Positions 38,297 to 47,605 of a stretch of DNA of 64,000 bases are shown here, piece after piece. The stretch comes from a virus. The notes below the pieces were generated by a model, which was given only the letters and a program-made list of their open reading frames with translations, did no database searches and was not told the origin of the DNA. The translations under genes were made by a program, and so were the position numbers. Position 1 is the first letter of the stretch. Each line of letters starts with the position of its first letter. The DNA is taken from the IMG/VR virus record IMGVR_UViG_3300042402_007915, positions 83,226 to 147,225 of that record. The stretch is one strand, 5' to 3'.

Positions 38297-40749
38297 TGTT
38301 TACCTCCATAGATTGTTATTTCTCTAGCAAGGATTTCAGCAGTTTGGTTCTCTTCGTCTTCGTCAGAGTCTGACGACTTGATGAGGCCCGAGACCTTTAA
38401 GATCATCCCAGATTCTAGTTTTACGTTTGGGTACTTAGCTTCTAGCTTCTTTACGCCTTCTGCGAAAATCAGTACTGTGGCAAAAGACGTGCCGTCTTCG
38501 ATTTCAATAAGACCCATGCGACTACCCTTCTTTGTAGTCTTAATCTTTGCTGATACAATTGCGCCCGCAAAAATACCTCTATCGTCAGGTCTTGCATTGA
38601 TCAAGAATTCTGCTTCTGGGTAGATAGTGTGGGCCGGATGTTTGCCTAAGTAGCAGCCAATAGCTTGTCCCTGTTCAAGCTGTTCCTTGAGAGAAAGCTG
38701 AGCGTTATAAGGCCTAACTGGGAAGGTAATGAAATGCGGCATCTCTTTATGTTTAAGCTCTGGCTTGCGTCTGAGGTCCTTATGTTCTTCGAGGAAGGTT
38801 TCTTCTTCGAGAGTAAGAGGCGCGGCTTTCTTTAGCGACTTTTGATGCCGAAGCTTGTCGCGTCTTTCAATGAGTGGCAATACGATAGCCATCTCTTTGT
38901 CTCTCTCAAGGATCTCAGCTTCTCTTTCATGATAGGCAATCAGATCAGGCTTGTAAGCAAAGATCAGCTCCATCATCTCTAACAAGTGTTCTCTGTAATG
39001 ACCGAAGCAATCCATAGCCCCACTCTGTACAAGAGCAGTGAAAACCTTAGTGTTCATTTTAGTCTGGTTTGTTCTGTTCATGAAATCTTGAAGGTCTTCA
39101 AATGGCTTAGATCCTCGGATCTTTAAGATGTGGCTGACTGCAGAGCCGCCAACATTCTTGATTCCATTCAAACCAAACCTAATACATGTTGGATTGATAA
39201 TCTCAAAATGGTTTCCTGACTCGTTGATGTCTGGGCAAAGCACGTCAATATCAAACTGACGCGCTTCATCAATGTACTCCATCACTTTAACACGCCACAT
39301 CTTTGGCGACATCATTCTAGATCCAACAGACATCAGAGCACAGAAGTACTCAACGGTGTGGTTCGCCTTCAGGTAGGCACACACATAAGACAAGTACGAA
39401 TAGGCAACGGAATGGGAGGCATTGAACAAGTAGTCCGCACAACCAATGATAATGTCCCACAAACGGGAGACTTGCGCTTCAGAAAGGCCGTACTTCGCAC
39501 AACCAGCAAAGAACAGAGGCTGTAGCTTCTCTAGGTACTTCTTGTCCTTCTTACCTACAGCCCTTCTTGCAGTATCGGCGTCCTGGAGAGAAAGGCCTGC
39601 AACTTCAGTGAAGAGCTTAATGAGCTGCTCTTGGTAAACAAGAACGCGCCTAGTATTACTCCACATATCTGCGATAACCGCAGGAATTTCAGGATCGGAT
39701 TCTCTATTCAAGTAACGATCTAAGAAGCCTGCCGACATTGGACCTGGACGTACAAGCGCCGAAATGTCCGAAAGCTCAGCAACGCTTGTTGGTTTAGCTT
39801 TCATTACGGCATCTCCAATAAGAGATGAGGTCTCGAACTGAAAGACGCCGGTAAGCAGCCCACGAGCAAAGAGAGCGTAAGTCCTCTTGTCGTTGTCAGG
39901 GATGTTGTAGATGTCGATAGAGAGGCCCTTACGCTTTTGTATAAGTTCAACAGCTACCTGGAGTACGTCCAAGGTCTTAATGATCAAGAAGTCGTACTTG
40001 ATTAAACCAAGCGCCTCAACTTCCTTCATATCAAACTGGGTAACCCGAAGCTTATCTGCAGTCGTATAAGTCGGCGCCACTAAATGTACAGGGAAATCTG
40101 AAATGATCATACCAGCAGGATGAACACCATTATTCGAAATCATACCATCTAGGTTGTAAGTGAAATCGAACCACTCAGAATACTTGGCGTCTTCTAGTAA
40201 CTCAGGATGTGCAGGATATCCCTTCTCCGGGTTCCCCTTGACAACTTCCTTAAGGGTTGGCTCTTTACCAAACAAAGGGTCAGGAATCTTTGCAAGGATT
40301 TCATTTCGAACAGCAAGATGAGAGTCCTTGGCTTTGTCTCCAAGTTCTTTGTCTGGCATCCAGATAGAGAAATATCTTTGAGTTAAAGAGCGAGGCCCAA
40401 ACTTACCGTGAGTACCAATGTTGGCGACGTTATCGATGCCCCAAAGGTTGACAATGTGGTCAATGAGCTTTGTCCGACCACTCTCGGAAAAGTCCATATC
40501 GATGTCTGGAGCTGCTCCACCGATAGTGTCACTTCGTCCTTGCTGAAAATCAAAATCATCAGTTAGCCCCAAAGTAAATAAGAGTAAACTGTTGCGCTCG
40601 TTAACCTTAAAGAATAGACTCTTCTCTAAACAAAAGAGTAATCTCTCGACGTCTGCTTCTGTGGTAAATTCGAGTTCGTAATCTAGAAAGTCTTTATCCA
40701 CAAGAGCGACTCGTTCCTCTAGCAGCGAAGAACGTATCTTCTCTTTCAT
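38293..40749 (-). CDS. dnaE: DNA polymerase III alpha, C-terminal fragment (palm/fingers/HhH/OB)
   Basis: AAGGAGG SD with ATG at 40749; PDIDMDF, GVHPAGMII, KYDFL, GVFQFE, RPGP, YQEQ, YLFNASHSVAY, RFGLNGIKNVG. Confidence 0.92.
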   Translation of the reverse strand: MKEKIRSSLLEERVALVDKDFLDYELEFTTEADVERLLFCLEKSLFFKVNERNSLLLFTLGLTDDFDFQQGRSDTIGGAAPDIDMDFSESGRTKLIDHIVNLWGIDNVANIGTHGKFGPRSLTQRYFSIWMPDKELGDKAKDSHLAVRNEILAKIPDPLFGKEPTLKEVVKGNPEKGYPAHPELLEDAKYSEWFDFTYNLDGMISNNGVHPAGMIISDFPVHLVAPTYTTADKLRVTQFDMKEVEALGLIKYDFLIIKTLDVLQVAVELIQKRKGLSIDIYNIPDNDKRTYALFARGLLTGVFQFETSSLIGDAVMKAKPTSVAELSDISALVRPGPMSAGFLDRYLNRESDPEIPAVIADMWSNTRRVLVYQEQLIKLFTEVAGLSLQDADTARRAVGKKDKKYLEKLQPLFFAGCAKYGLSEAQVSRLWDIIIGCADYLFNASHSVAYSYLSYVCAYLKANHTVEYFCALMSVGSRMMSPKMWRVKVMEYIDEARQFDIDVLCPDINESGNHFEIINPTCIRFGLNGIKNVGGSAVSHILKIRGSKPFEDLQDFMNRTNQTKMNTKVFTALVQSGAMDCFGHYREHLLEMMELIFAYKPDLIAYHEREAEILERDKEMAIVLPLIERRDKLRHQKSLKKAAPLTLEEETFLEEHKDLRRKPELKHKEMPHFITFPVRPYNAQLSLKEQLEQGQAIGCYLGKHPAHTIYPEAEFLINARPDDRGIFAGAIVSAKIKTTKKGSRMGLIEIEDGTSFATVLIFAEGVKKLEAKYPNVKLESGMILKVSGLIKSSDSDEDEENQTAEILAREITIYGGKQ

Positions 40750-40755
40750 GCAACC

Positions 40756-42439
40756 TCCTTGGGGGAAAATGTCTGCCCATACCGAAATTTCATCTTCAGA
40801 GCTGCCAGTTTTGCCTGACGATGCTCGAGTCCTTCGCAAGCTGCGTCGTATTCAAGACGGTGGCGAGATTAGGTATGCAGATATTTTTGCTGGGTGTGGT
40901 GGTATTTCTCTTGGTTTCTTGACAGCTGGGTTCAAGCCGGTCGGATCTATTGAGTGTGACCCCTGGGCAGCCAAGTCACACGGAACAAACTTTGGACCCC
41001 ATTCTGCAGGGGCTGATCGTCCGGCACTTCATATCCCACGCGATGCTGTTACTGAAACCGCTGAAAGCTTTTTTGCTGACCTCGGGATTAGTGGCGAGAC
41101 AGAAGATCAAATAGATGTATTGGTTGGCGGCCCACCTTGCCAAGCATTCGCTCGTGTCGGCAGAGCCAAGCTTCGAGAGCAAGCTCGCCTTCGAGATGAA
41201 GTCACAGCGGACCAAGCCTTTCTTGTAGATGGACGTGTAAACCTTTGGGAGCGTTATGTTGCATTCATTAGGGCTACAAAGCCAGTAGCTCTTCTTATGG
41301 AAAATGTCCCAGATATCCTGAATCATGGTGGGGCTAATGTTGCAGAGCTTGTAGCCAAAAGCCTTGAGAAGGAAGGGTATGACGTTGTATACACTCTGCT
41401 AAACGCTGCTTGGTATGGCGTACCGCAGATAAGAGAACGGATGATACTTGTCGGCTTTCACAAGGCAACAGGTATCAGGCCTCGATTCCCAACACCTACG
41501 CACTACCTTGATTTGCCGTCTGGTTATGTCTCTCTAAGGAATACTGCACGCCGAGTAATCAAGAGCGAAGGCTCAGATTATCACCGCTGGGTAGATGGGC
41601 CTTCAAGCTTAGCAATGCCTGCAACTTCCGCTGCCGATGCTTTAGCTGACCTTCCGGTCTTCTGTGCGCAAGATCTTTTACACTCTGGCAAGTTGCGTCG
41701 TGGCCCTAAAGATTTATCCGAACAGATTGATTACACAACAAACGAACCAGCTACTTCCTACTCTAGGTTAATGAGGGAATGGTTCGGGTTTGCAACGAAA
41801 GCGGCGACTAGCCATGTCTTCCGCTACTTACCACGAGACTACAAAATCTTCGCTGAAATGAGAGCCGGGTGGGAGTACCCAGCGATTCATGCTCATGTAG
41901 AGCACAAAATTACAGAGTGGCTAGCTGAACGTAAACGCTGTGGTCTCTCTACCGACCTCTCAGATCCTGAAGTGAACAGCTTTGTTACGAGTTGGCGTCT
42001 ATCCTCTGATCCCCACAAGTTCCCAAACAAGTGGTGGAAGATGGAAGCCAACAAACCCGTACGAACTTTGATGGCTCACCTTGGGAAAGACTCCTACTCA
42101 CACATTCACTTTGACTCTGAGCAAGCTCGGACTATCACAGTCCGTGAGGCGGCTCGGCTTCAGTCTTTCCCTGATGGATTTGTATTTGAAGGCTCAATGA
42201 ATCCTGCGTTTAAGCAAATTGGTAACGCTGTGCCGCCGTTATTTGCTTACGCTATTGCACGAGCGATGCTAGAATGCTTAGCAGCCCCTACTGTTCCCGA
42301 CATGCGGGTTGAGTTGCTTGGGTTATCCGCTTCGCAGATTACGACAACTCGGGGAACTCCATGATGTTCGTAAGCACTGCAACACTTAAAAAGTCTTTAC
42401 TCGCAAGAGCGACTCGCTCTTATCCTTGGGGGGAAAATG
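40756..42439 (+). repeat. Near-identical 16/17-bp direct repeats flanking the methyltransferase
   Basis: TCCTTGGGGGAAAATG at 40756-40771 and TCCTTGGGGGGAAAATG at 42423-42439. Confidence 0.7.
40769..42364 (+). CDS. dcm: DNA (cytosine-5)-methyltransferase
   Basis: FAGCGG, GGPPCQ, ENV, PQIRER, REAARLQSFPD, QIGNAVPP; ATG at 40769 after GGGGG. Confidence 0.95.
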   Translation: MSAHTEISSSELPVLPDDARVLRKLRRIQDGGEIRYADIFAGCGGISLGFLTAGFKPVGSIECDPWAAKSHGTNFGPHSAGADRPALHIPRDAVTETAESFFADLGISGETEDQIDVLVGGPPCQAFARVGRAKLREQARLRDEVTADQAFLVDGRVNLWERYVAFIRATKPVALLMENVPDILNHGGANVAELVAKSLEKEGYDVVYTLLNAAWYGVPQIRERMILVGFHKATGIRPRFPTPTHYLDLPSGYVSLRNTARRVIKSEGSDYHRWVDGPSSLAMPATSAADALADLPVFCAQDLLHSGKLRRGPKDLSEQIDYTTNEPATSYSRLMREWFGFATKAATSHVFRYLPRDYKIFAEMRAGWEYPAIHAHVEHKITEWLAERKRCGLSTDLSDPEVNSFVTSWRLSSDPHKFPNKWWKMEANKPVRTLMAHLGKDSYSHIHFDSEQARTITVREAARLQSFPDGFVFEGSMNPAFKQIGNAVPPLFAYAIARAMLECLAAPTVPDMRVELLGLSASQITTTRGTP

Positions 42440-42847
42440 GCTACATACACTCGAATCTCCTCTGACGTCCCGATGGACGGACGGAGTCTCAAGATTACCG
42501 ACGTAGCAGAAGGCGATCAAATTGACATCGTTGATGCTCTGGGAAAAGGAGCGCGACATATGCGTTTCTACTTAACGGATCCTGCAGACACTATCTCGTA
42601 TCGTATCAACAGCCGAATCGCTACTTCAGTTAAAGAAGACAAGACTCGTATTGAGCTCAGCTCAGTACATGCTTACTTGGGCATCTCAAACAAGGTTGAA
42701 ATTGTTAATTGGTCTCAGGCTAGCTCTTTCCCTGTATACGAAGAGGAAGGCGAAGCAATTGCGATTGATGACATCTTGGTCAACTCACTCGAAATTGTAT
42801 CTTTGTCGCTTAGTACTGGAACAACTTTTGAAATTGTAGTGTGGTAA
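42437..42847 (+). CDS. Putative virion protein
   Basis: Beta-rich 136-aa ORF cotranscribed with fibre-like genes. Confidence 0.5.
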   Translation: MATYTRISSDVPMDGRSLKITDVAEGDQIDIVDALGKGARHMRFYLTDPADTISYRINSRIATSVKEDKTRIELSSVHAYLGISNKVEIVNWSQASSFPVYEEEGEAIAIDDILVNSLEIVSLSLSTGTTFEIVVW

Positions 42848-42848
42848 A

Positions 42849-43277
42849 ATGGGAGGTCTTGGCTCAGCCTTAGGTGGCACAAGTGTACGTAGGTACACTG
42901 ACCCAGGAGCACTTCCTGCTTCTGGTAAATTTGCTGGAGAGGTAGTACAGGTTGGAGATGATGGCGACAGCAAGCCGGCGCTTTACCAGTGGTCTGGAAG
43001 TGAATGGCTTAAGTCAGCAGATCCTGACAACGTTGCGCCGGAAGTAACCTATGCTACTCTCTCGGATCTTTCTTCTCAGGTAGATGGTACTGAAACTGTA
43101 TTCGACCTAGGTGCGTCTCCAGTAACAGATACTCTTCTTCTATTTGTGTGTGGTCTTTTGATGAGACCTGGTGTTGAAGTTGATGGTGGTGATTATACCT
43201 TGGCAACTAGGTATGTCACTCTACACGAAGCTCCGGCTAACGGGACTTCTGTTCTTGCGTACTTTGTACGTAATTAG
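42849..43277 (+). CDS. Putative virion/fibre-associated protein with a DGxxTxF beta-sandwich domain
   Basis: DGTETVFDL...LFVCGLL..G..DYTL; similar to the C-terminal domain of the next gene. Confidence 0.6.
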   Translation: MGGLGSALGGTSVRRYTDPGALPASGKFAGEVVQVGDDGDSKPALYQWSGSEWLKSADPDNVAPEVTYATLSDLSSQVDGTETVFDLGASPVTDTLLLFVCGLLMRPGVEVDGGDYTLATRYVTLHEAPANGTSVLAYFVRN

Positions 43278-43286
43278 GAGTAAAAA

Positions 43287-44630
43287 ATGGGAACTAAAAT
43301 TACTTCGCAGTTCATTGCGAACGCTGCTGTCCTCGAGGCTAACATCGCCGATGGTGCTGTTGCTTCGGCTAAGATTGCTGCTGGTGCCGTAATTGAGGCT
43401 GCCCTTGCCGATAGTGCCGTTGCTACTGCAAAGCTTGCAGATAGCGGAGTCACTTCTGCTAAGCTCGCCGATGGTGCAGTAACCGCTGCAAAGCTTGGTG
43501 CTGATGCTGTTGAAGAGGCCGCTATTGCGGCGGATGCCGTTACTACCAATAAGATCGCTGACGGTGCTGTTACCGCTGCTAAGCTCGACACCGGTGCCGT
43601 TGACACCGCTGCTCTTGCTACTGACGCAGTAACTTCCGACAAGATTGCCGCTGGTGCCGTTGGCGCTGGCAAGATCGATGCGGCCGCTGTTGGTACTACT
43701 GAGCTTGCTGATGGCTCGGTAACCGCTGAGAAGCTCAGCGGCGACGTGCTCTCTGGTGTTCTCGCCAGCAAGCTCGTCGGTAAGAGCGTTATGTCTATGC
43801 TTGAGACTGCTCCAAACGCTAACTCCGTCAACGTGAAGAGCCTTCTGAGCTTCGACACGGTGGCTGGTGTTGATGGTGCTGGTGCCGTTAAGGGCAAGGT
43901 CGCTCTCCTTGAGGGCACCGACATTAACCTCACCACTCATCAGATGGCTGATGGCAGCACTCAGGTGTTTGGTCGCGTGAAGATTGCTTCTCTGTCCGGG
44001 AGTGAAATCGTGGACGGCGAAGGCAACGAGGTTTGGGGTGTTATCACCTGTTCGGCTCGTACGACCAGTGGTACCTACCGCCTCCGTTTCTACAGCGGCA
44101 CTTGGGGTGATGTATGCACTCCCTACACCATGGCCGAAGGCTTCCTGTTCTCTTACAGGGAGATTTTCGACCTTGATGACATGCCGACTTGGGGCGACGA
44201 GTCTGTCTTCGTCGATAAGGGCGCTGCTGTTCTGGCTCCTGGCCAGGTTGACGCTTCTCTGCTTGCCAGCGATGCCGTCACCACTGTCAAGATTGCCGAT
44301 GGTGCAGTTACCGCCGAGAAGCTCGCTAGCGGTCTCATCAGCTCCAGCTCTCTGAGCAGCGCTGTTAAGAACCGTATCGGTGGCGGTTGGGACGCTGTTA
44401 CCAAGTTCCTTGGTGACGGCTCTACGACCACTTTCGACCTCGGTCATGCCGACGTAGACTTTGACGAAGAGGCCGTTCTTGTTGTAGCCGACGGTGTTGT
44501 TCTGGAGCTGTCTGAGGACTTCACGTTCTCTAACAACTCCGGTACCGGTGGTGTTGACCAGATCGTCTTCACAAGTGCTCTCGCTGCTGACGTGCGTTGC
44601 GCAGTTCGTTATCGTAGAACCTCTCTCTAG
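43287..44630 (+). CDS. Putative fibre/decoration protein with decapeptide repeats
   Basis: 14 tandem (I/L)ADGAVTxxK-type decapeptides plus about 3 more; C-terminal GDGSTTTFDL domain; strongly biased codons. Confidence 0.7.
   Translation: MGTKITSQFIANAAVLEANIADGAVASAKIAAGAVIEAALADSAVATAKLADSGVTSAKLADGAVTAAKLGADAVEEAAIAADAVTTNKIADGAVTAAKLDTGAVDTAALATDAVTSDKIAAGAVGAGKIDAAAVGTTELADGSVTAEKLSGDVLSGVLASKLVGKSVMSMLETAPNANSVNVKSLLSFDTVAGVDGAGAVKGKVALLEGTDINLTTHQMADGSTQVFGRVKIASLSGSEIVDGEGNEVWGVITCSARTTSGTYRLRFYSGTWGDVCTPYTMAEGFLFSYREIFDLDDMPTWGDESVFVDKGAAVLAPGQVDASLLASDAVTTVKIADGAVTAEKLASGLISSSSLSSAVKNRIGGGWDAVTKFLGDGSTTTFDLGHADVDFDEEAVLVVADGVVLELSEDFTFSNNSGTGGVDQIVFTSALAADVRCAVRYRRTSL
43314..43733 (+). 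repeat. 30-nt period coding repeat (14 decapeptides)
   Basis: IADGAVASAK/LADGAVTAAK/IADGAVTAAK and similar units. Confidence 0.85.
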
Positions 44631-44648
44631 TCTTAACTAGTGAGGACT

Positions 44649-44682
44649 GGCCCCCTGGGTTTCCCCAGGGGGCCTTTGCTTT
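44649..44682 (+). terminator. Intrinsic terminator for the + strand island
   Basis: GGCCCCCTGGG-TTTC-CCCAGGGGGCC followed by TTTGCTTT on +; no U-tract on -. Confidence 0.8.
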
Positions 44683-45940
44683 ATCTAATACTGTTGATTG
44701 CAGTAATCATATCAGAAGAGAAATGGAGAGGAGTTGCCCCACGGCCTGGGTTAAGAAACCGCTCGAACAACAAACCAAACTTAATAGGATCGACCTGAGT
44801 AATACCGAGAGCCCAACAAACCAGAGAGCCTGCTGCGGACCCACGACCGGGGCCGCAGTAAACGTTAAGCTCGGAACGGGCAGTGTTAATGAACCAAGAC
44901 ACCAGGAGAATATAGTCGGAGAAGCCCAGACGCTTAATCGAGGCAAGCTCAAAGTAAAGCCGCGCAATGTATTCATCTGGAGGGCGCACTCCACCGAACC
45001 TTGCTGACAAACCAAGCTTGGCCTGATTAGCTAATGCATCCCATGAAAGCTCTCCTTCCTCAAGGAAAGGGAACTTAGGAAAGTGATTAATCTGATCCTT
45101 GAAATAATCGTCAGTAACCAAGTCGGCGACATGAGAAGTATTTGTAATGGCTTCGAGAGGCAACCCCAGGGTCTTAACCCTTTCGGTCATCCACTCCTCA
45201 CTACAAAGATGCACGTCAATATCTCCAAATGAAAACCGCTTAGGGTCAGTCATTGTCTTATTGGACTGCATGCAAAGATACTGCTCGTGTAAGGTCTTAT
45301 GCTCAGGATGTGTATAGTGAGTATCATTCGCTACGATAAGGGGTAACCCTTTTCGATGAGCCATTTTAATTAGCTCTGCATTCAGCTCTGTTTGTTCTGG
45401 TCCTTCATGGGGTTGAAGTTCCGCAAACAGTCTGTCTCCGAATACCTCTATGTGTTGATCAATTAAGTATTCAGCCTGTGCTGTTTCATGGTTCAGAATT
45501 AACCTTGAGAAGGAGGAGCCGAGGCAGGCTGTGGTGGCCATAAGGCCGTCTGAGTGATCGGCCAAAAGTTCCAAGTCCACTCTTGGCTTGAAGTACATTC
45601 CTTCGGAATATGCGCGCGAAGAAAGCTGAGAAAGGTTCTTCCAGCCCACATCGTTTTGCGCCAATAAAATCAAGTGATAGTAAGATCGCTCGTCAAAGTC
45701 TTTCTCCTTAGACGTGCGATTGGCTGTGTAGTAAGCCTCCATGCCAATGATAGGTTTAATACCTTCAGCACGGCAGGCTTTCACATGAGCATAAGCTCCT
45801 GCGACATTACCATGATCGGTAATCGCAAGAGCCGTTTGCCCCATCTCCTTTACTACTCGAGGAATCCGTTCTACCCGGTTCATCCCGTCTAGAGTTGAAT
45901 AAGCCGTGTGAACGTGTAAGTGAGTAAAGGAGCCGGCCAC
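44681..45940 (-). CDS. dnaE: DNA polymerase III alpha, N-terminal fragment (PHP domain)
   Basis: HLHVHTAYSTLDG, ITDHG, NDTHY, GPGRGSAAGSLV, LLFERFLNPGR, then a stop 19 codons later. Confidence 0.93.
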   Translation of the reverse strand: MAGSFTHLHVHTAYSTLDGMNRVERIPRVVKEMGQTALAITDHGNVAGAYAHVKACRAEGIKPIIGMEAYYTANRTSKEKDFDERSYYHLILLAQNDVGWKNLSQLSSRAYSEGMYFKPRVDLELLADHSDGLMATTACLGSSFSRLILNHETAQAEYLIDQHIEVFGDRLFAELQPHEGPEQTELNAELIKMAHRKGLPLIVANDTHYTHPEHKTLHEQYLCMQSNKTMTDPKRFSFGDIDVHLCSEEWMTERVKTLGLPLEAITNTSHVADLVTDDYFKDQINHFPKFPFLEEGELSWDALANQAKLGLSARFGGVRPPDEYIARLYFELASIKRLGFSDYILLVSWFINTARSELNVYCGPGRGSAAGSLVCWALGITQVDPIKFGLLFERFLNPGRGATPLHFSSDMITAINSIR

Positions 45941-45943
45941 TAA

Positions 45944-46189
45944 TTACTCTGCATCGAAAGCAGTGGTCTCAGTGGTCGTAGTAGGAGTAGCAGCCATATA
46001 GGTTGTCTCAACCTTGAGCAGGTTCAACCGAACGGCGCGGCGTACAAGATCCGAAGCGCTAACACCCAGCTCCTTAGCGGCAGCCGGGATGTCATTGCCA
46101 TTCTCGCGGATGGCAGTAGAAATCAGCTCGCGCTGGTAAGTATCGAGCTTGATAGAGAGGGCGGAAGGGGTCGAAGAAGTGCGTGACAT
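45944..46189 (-). CDS. Fis-like HTH protein
   Basis: L...QRELI..A....GN.IPAAAKELGVS...L.RR. Confidence 0.7.
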   Translation of the reverse strand: MSRTSSTPSALSIKLDTYQRELISTAIRENGNDIPAAAKELGVSASDLVRRAVRLNLLKVETTYMAATPTTTTETTAFDAE

Positions 46190-46244
46190 GTTTATTTCCT
46201 TTTTAGTTCAGAGTTGTGTGGAGTGTTACAGGTATTAGCGCCGA

Positions 46245-47294
46245 TCAGTCGCCTTCCATCATCAATGTGGAGAGGTCATGCGCCAGAACAATATCTTGAA
46301 GCTTCTTGAAGTTAGCAGGAGAGGCCTCGACCCAAGCGTGGAAAGCATCGGCACCTCTTTCCATATTAGGGTCTGGAACATACCAATCTTCCGTAGCAAC
46401 GCTGTCACGGATTTTGGTTTGGCCAGCAGAGTTCCTAACGACACCAAGCTTCTTTGCTGTCTCAATAAGATCTGAAACCATAGGAATACCACGAGCATAA
46501 TCCCAGTCGAACTCAATACAGCCCTTCCCAAGATAAGGGCGGCCAGTCTTATGCTTTACAGGCTGAACCCGTCCGATACCGAATCCCTTGTTCTTTGGAT
46601 TCTCCTTAATGGGACGAACCCTGAGACGTGTTGAGGCGTAGAACATAAGAGCCCTACCGCCTGGTGTTGTCTCTGGGTTAGCGTACATACCTGCTCCAGG
46701 ATTCATGGTGACATGATTGATGAAGAAGGAGGTAACGGTGTTGTCTGAACAGGCCTTGGTAAGCTCACGCAATGTCTCATGCATGATCTTAGAGATACCG
46801 CCGACGTCTGCGTCACCGACATCACGAGCGAGCTGTCGCTGGTTCTGAGCTGCACCAACTGAATCGAATACGGTAAAAGCAATAGCACCAGTATGGGCCA
46901 AATCAATAACGGTAGTAAGAGCTTCCTCCACCGTATCTGGGCGGCGAAGAATATACTGGTCTTCAGTTAGGCCGAACCCTTGAACAAAAGAGTCAGTAAT
47001 CGTTCTCTCAAGGTCAAGAATGACAGCCGGCCTTACTTCTTCAGGGTGCTGCTTATAGTATAAAGCAATCCAGTACAAACAGAAGGAAGTCTTGCCACTG
47101 CCAGGGTCACCAAAGATCTCAATAACACGCCCAAGAGGAAGGCCACCAATAGGTAGCCCAGTCGTATGGAGTGCTGCATCGAGACGAGTACAACCAGTGG
47201 ACATAACGCCCGCCAGATCGCAAGGCTTCTCCTTAACAGAAAAGTCCTTGTTGATCTTAGCCAATACCTTATCGATAACTGGATCGCGCTTCAT
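46245..47294 (-). CDS. recA: RecA recombinase
   Basis: STG...LD.AL, GGLPLGRVIEIFG..GSGKT, DSV, PETTPGGRALMFYASTR. Confidence 0.93.
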   Translation of the reverse strand: MKRDPVIDKVLAKINKDFSVKEKPCDLAGVMSTGCTRLDAALHTTGLPIGGLPLGRVIEIFGDPGSGKTSFCLYWIALYYKQHPEEVRPAVILDLERTITDSFVQGFGLTEDQYILRRPDTVEEALTTVIDLAHTGAIAFTVFDSVGAAQNQRQLARDVGDADVGGISKIMHETLRELTKACSDNTVTSFFINHVTMNPGAGMYANPETTPGGRALMFYASTRLRVRPIKENPKNKGFGIGRVQPVKHKTGRPYLGKGCIEFDWDYARGIPMVSDLIETAKKLGVVRNSAGQTKIRDSVATEDWYVPDPNMERGADAFHAWVEASPANFKKLQDIVLAHDLSTLMMEGD

Positions 47295-47605
47295 TACTCT
47301 GCTCCCTTAGTTTTCTTCTTGGGTACTACCTCAAGAACATTACTTTCAATGGCAACGTATCTCTTAGCTGCCTCTCTCAAGGTTTCAATCTCCCGAGACA
47401 GTGAAGCAACTTCATCCTTCAACATAGCGTTATCCTCGAGAAGAGAGATGATCGCTTTGTTGAGCCTTGTATAAGAAGCTACGTAGACGTTGTCTTTCTG
47501 GTAGCCAGGAACGCGTGAATTGATTTCTCGAAGCCAAACATCAATCTGGCTTCGACTTGGAATAGGATAAACCATTTGTACCTCTTCTTTCGATTTCGCA
47601 CTCAA
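47294..47605 (-). CDS. Coiled-coil hypothetical protein
   Basis: Coupled ORF with heptad pattern. Confidence 0.55.
   Translation of the reverse strand: MSAKSKEEVQMVYPIPSRSQIDVWLREINSRVPGYQKDNVYVASYTRLNKAIISLLEDNAMLKDEVASLSREIETLREAAKRYVAIESNVLEVVPKKKTKGAE

Noticed and set aside
40750-40839. N-terminal extension of dnaE-C in the ORF track (start 40839) and MTase start at 40748
   Set aside because: SD positions support ATG 40749 (-) and ATG 40769 (+). The longer calls would overlap head-to-head.
43221-44447. Long antisense ORFs (408 aa and 220 aa) opposite the repeat fibre gene
   Set aside because: These are shadow ORFs caused by repetitive, strongly biased Ala/Gly/Val codons on the + strand, and have no recognisable motifs.
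40500-44750. Split intein or group I/II intron interrupting dnaE
   Set aside because: There are no intein N- or C-terminal residues, no U|...G group I boundaries at in-frame junctions, and no RT or homing endonuclease. The interval is filled with ordinary antisense genes.
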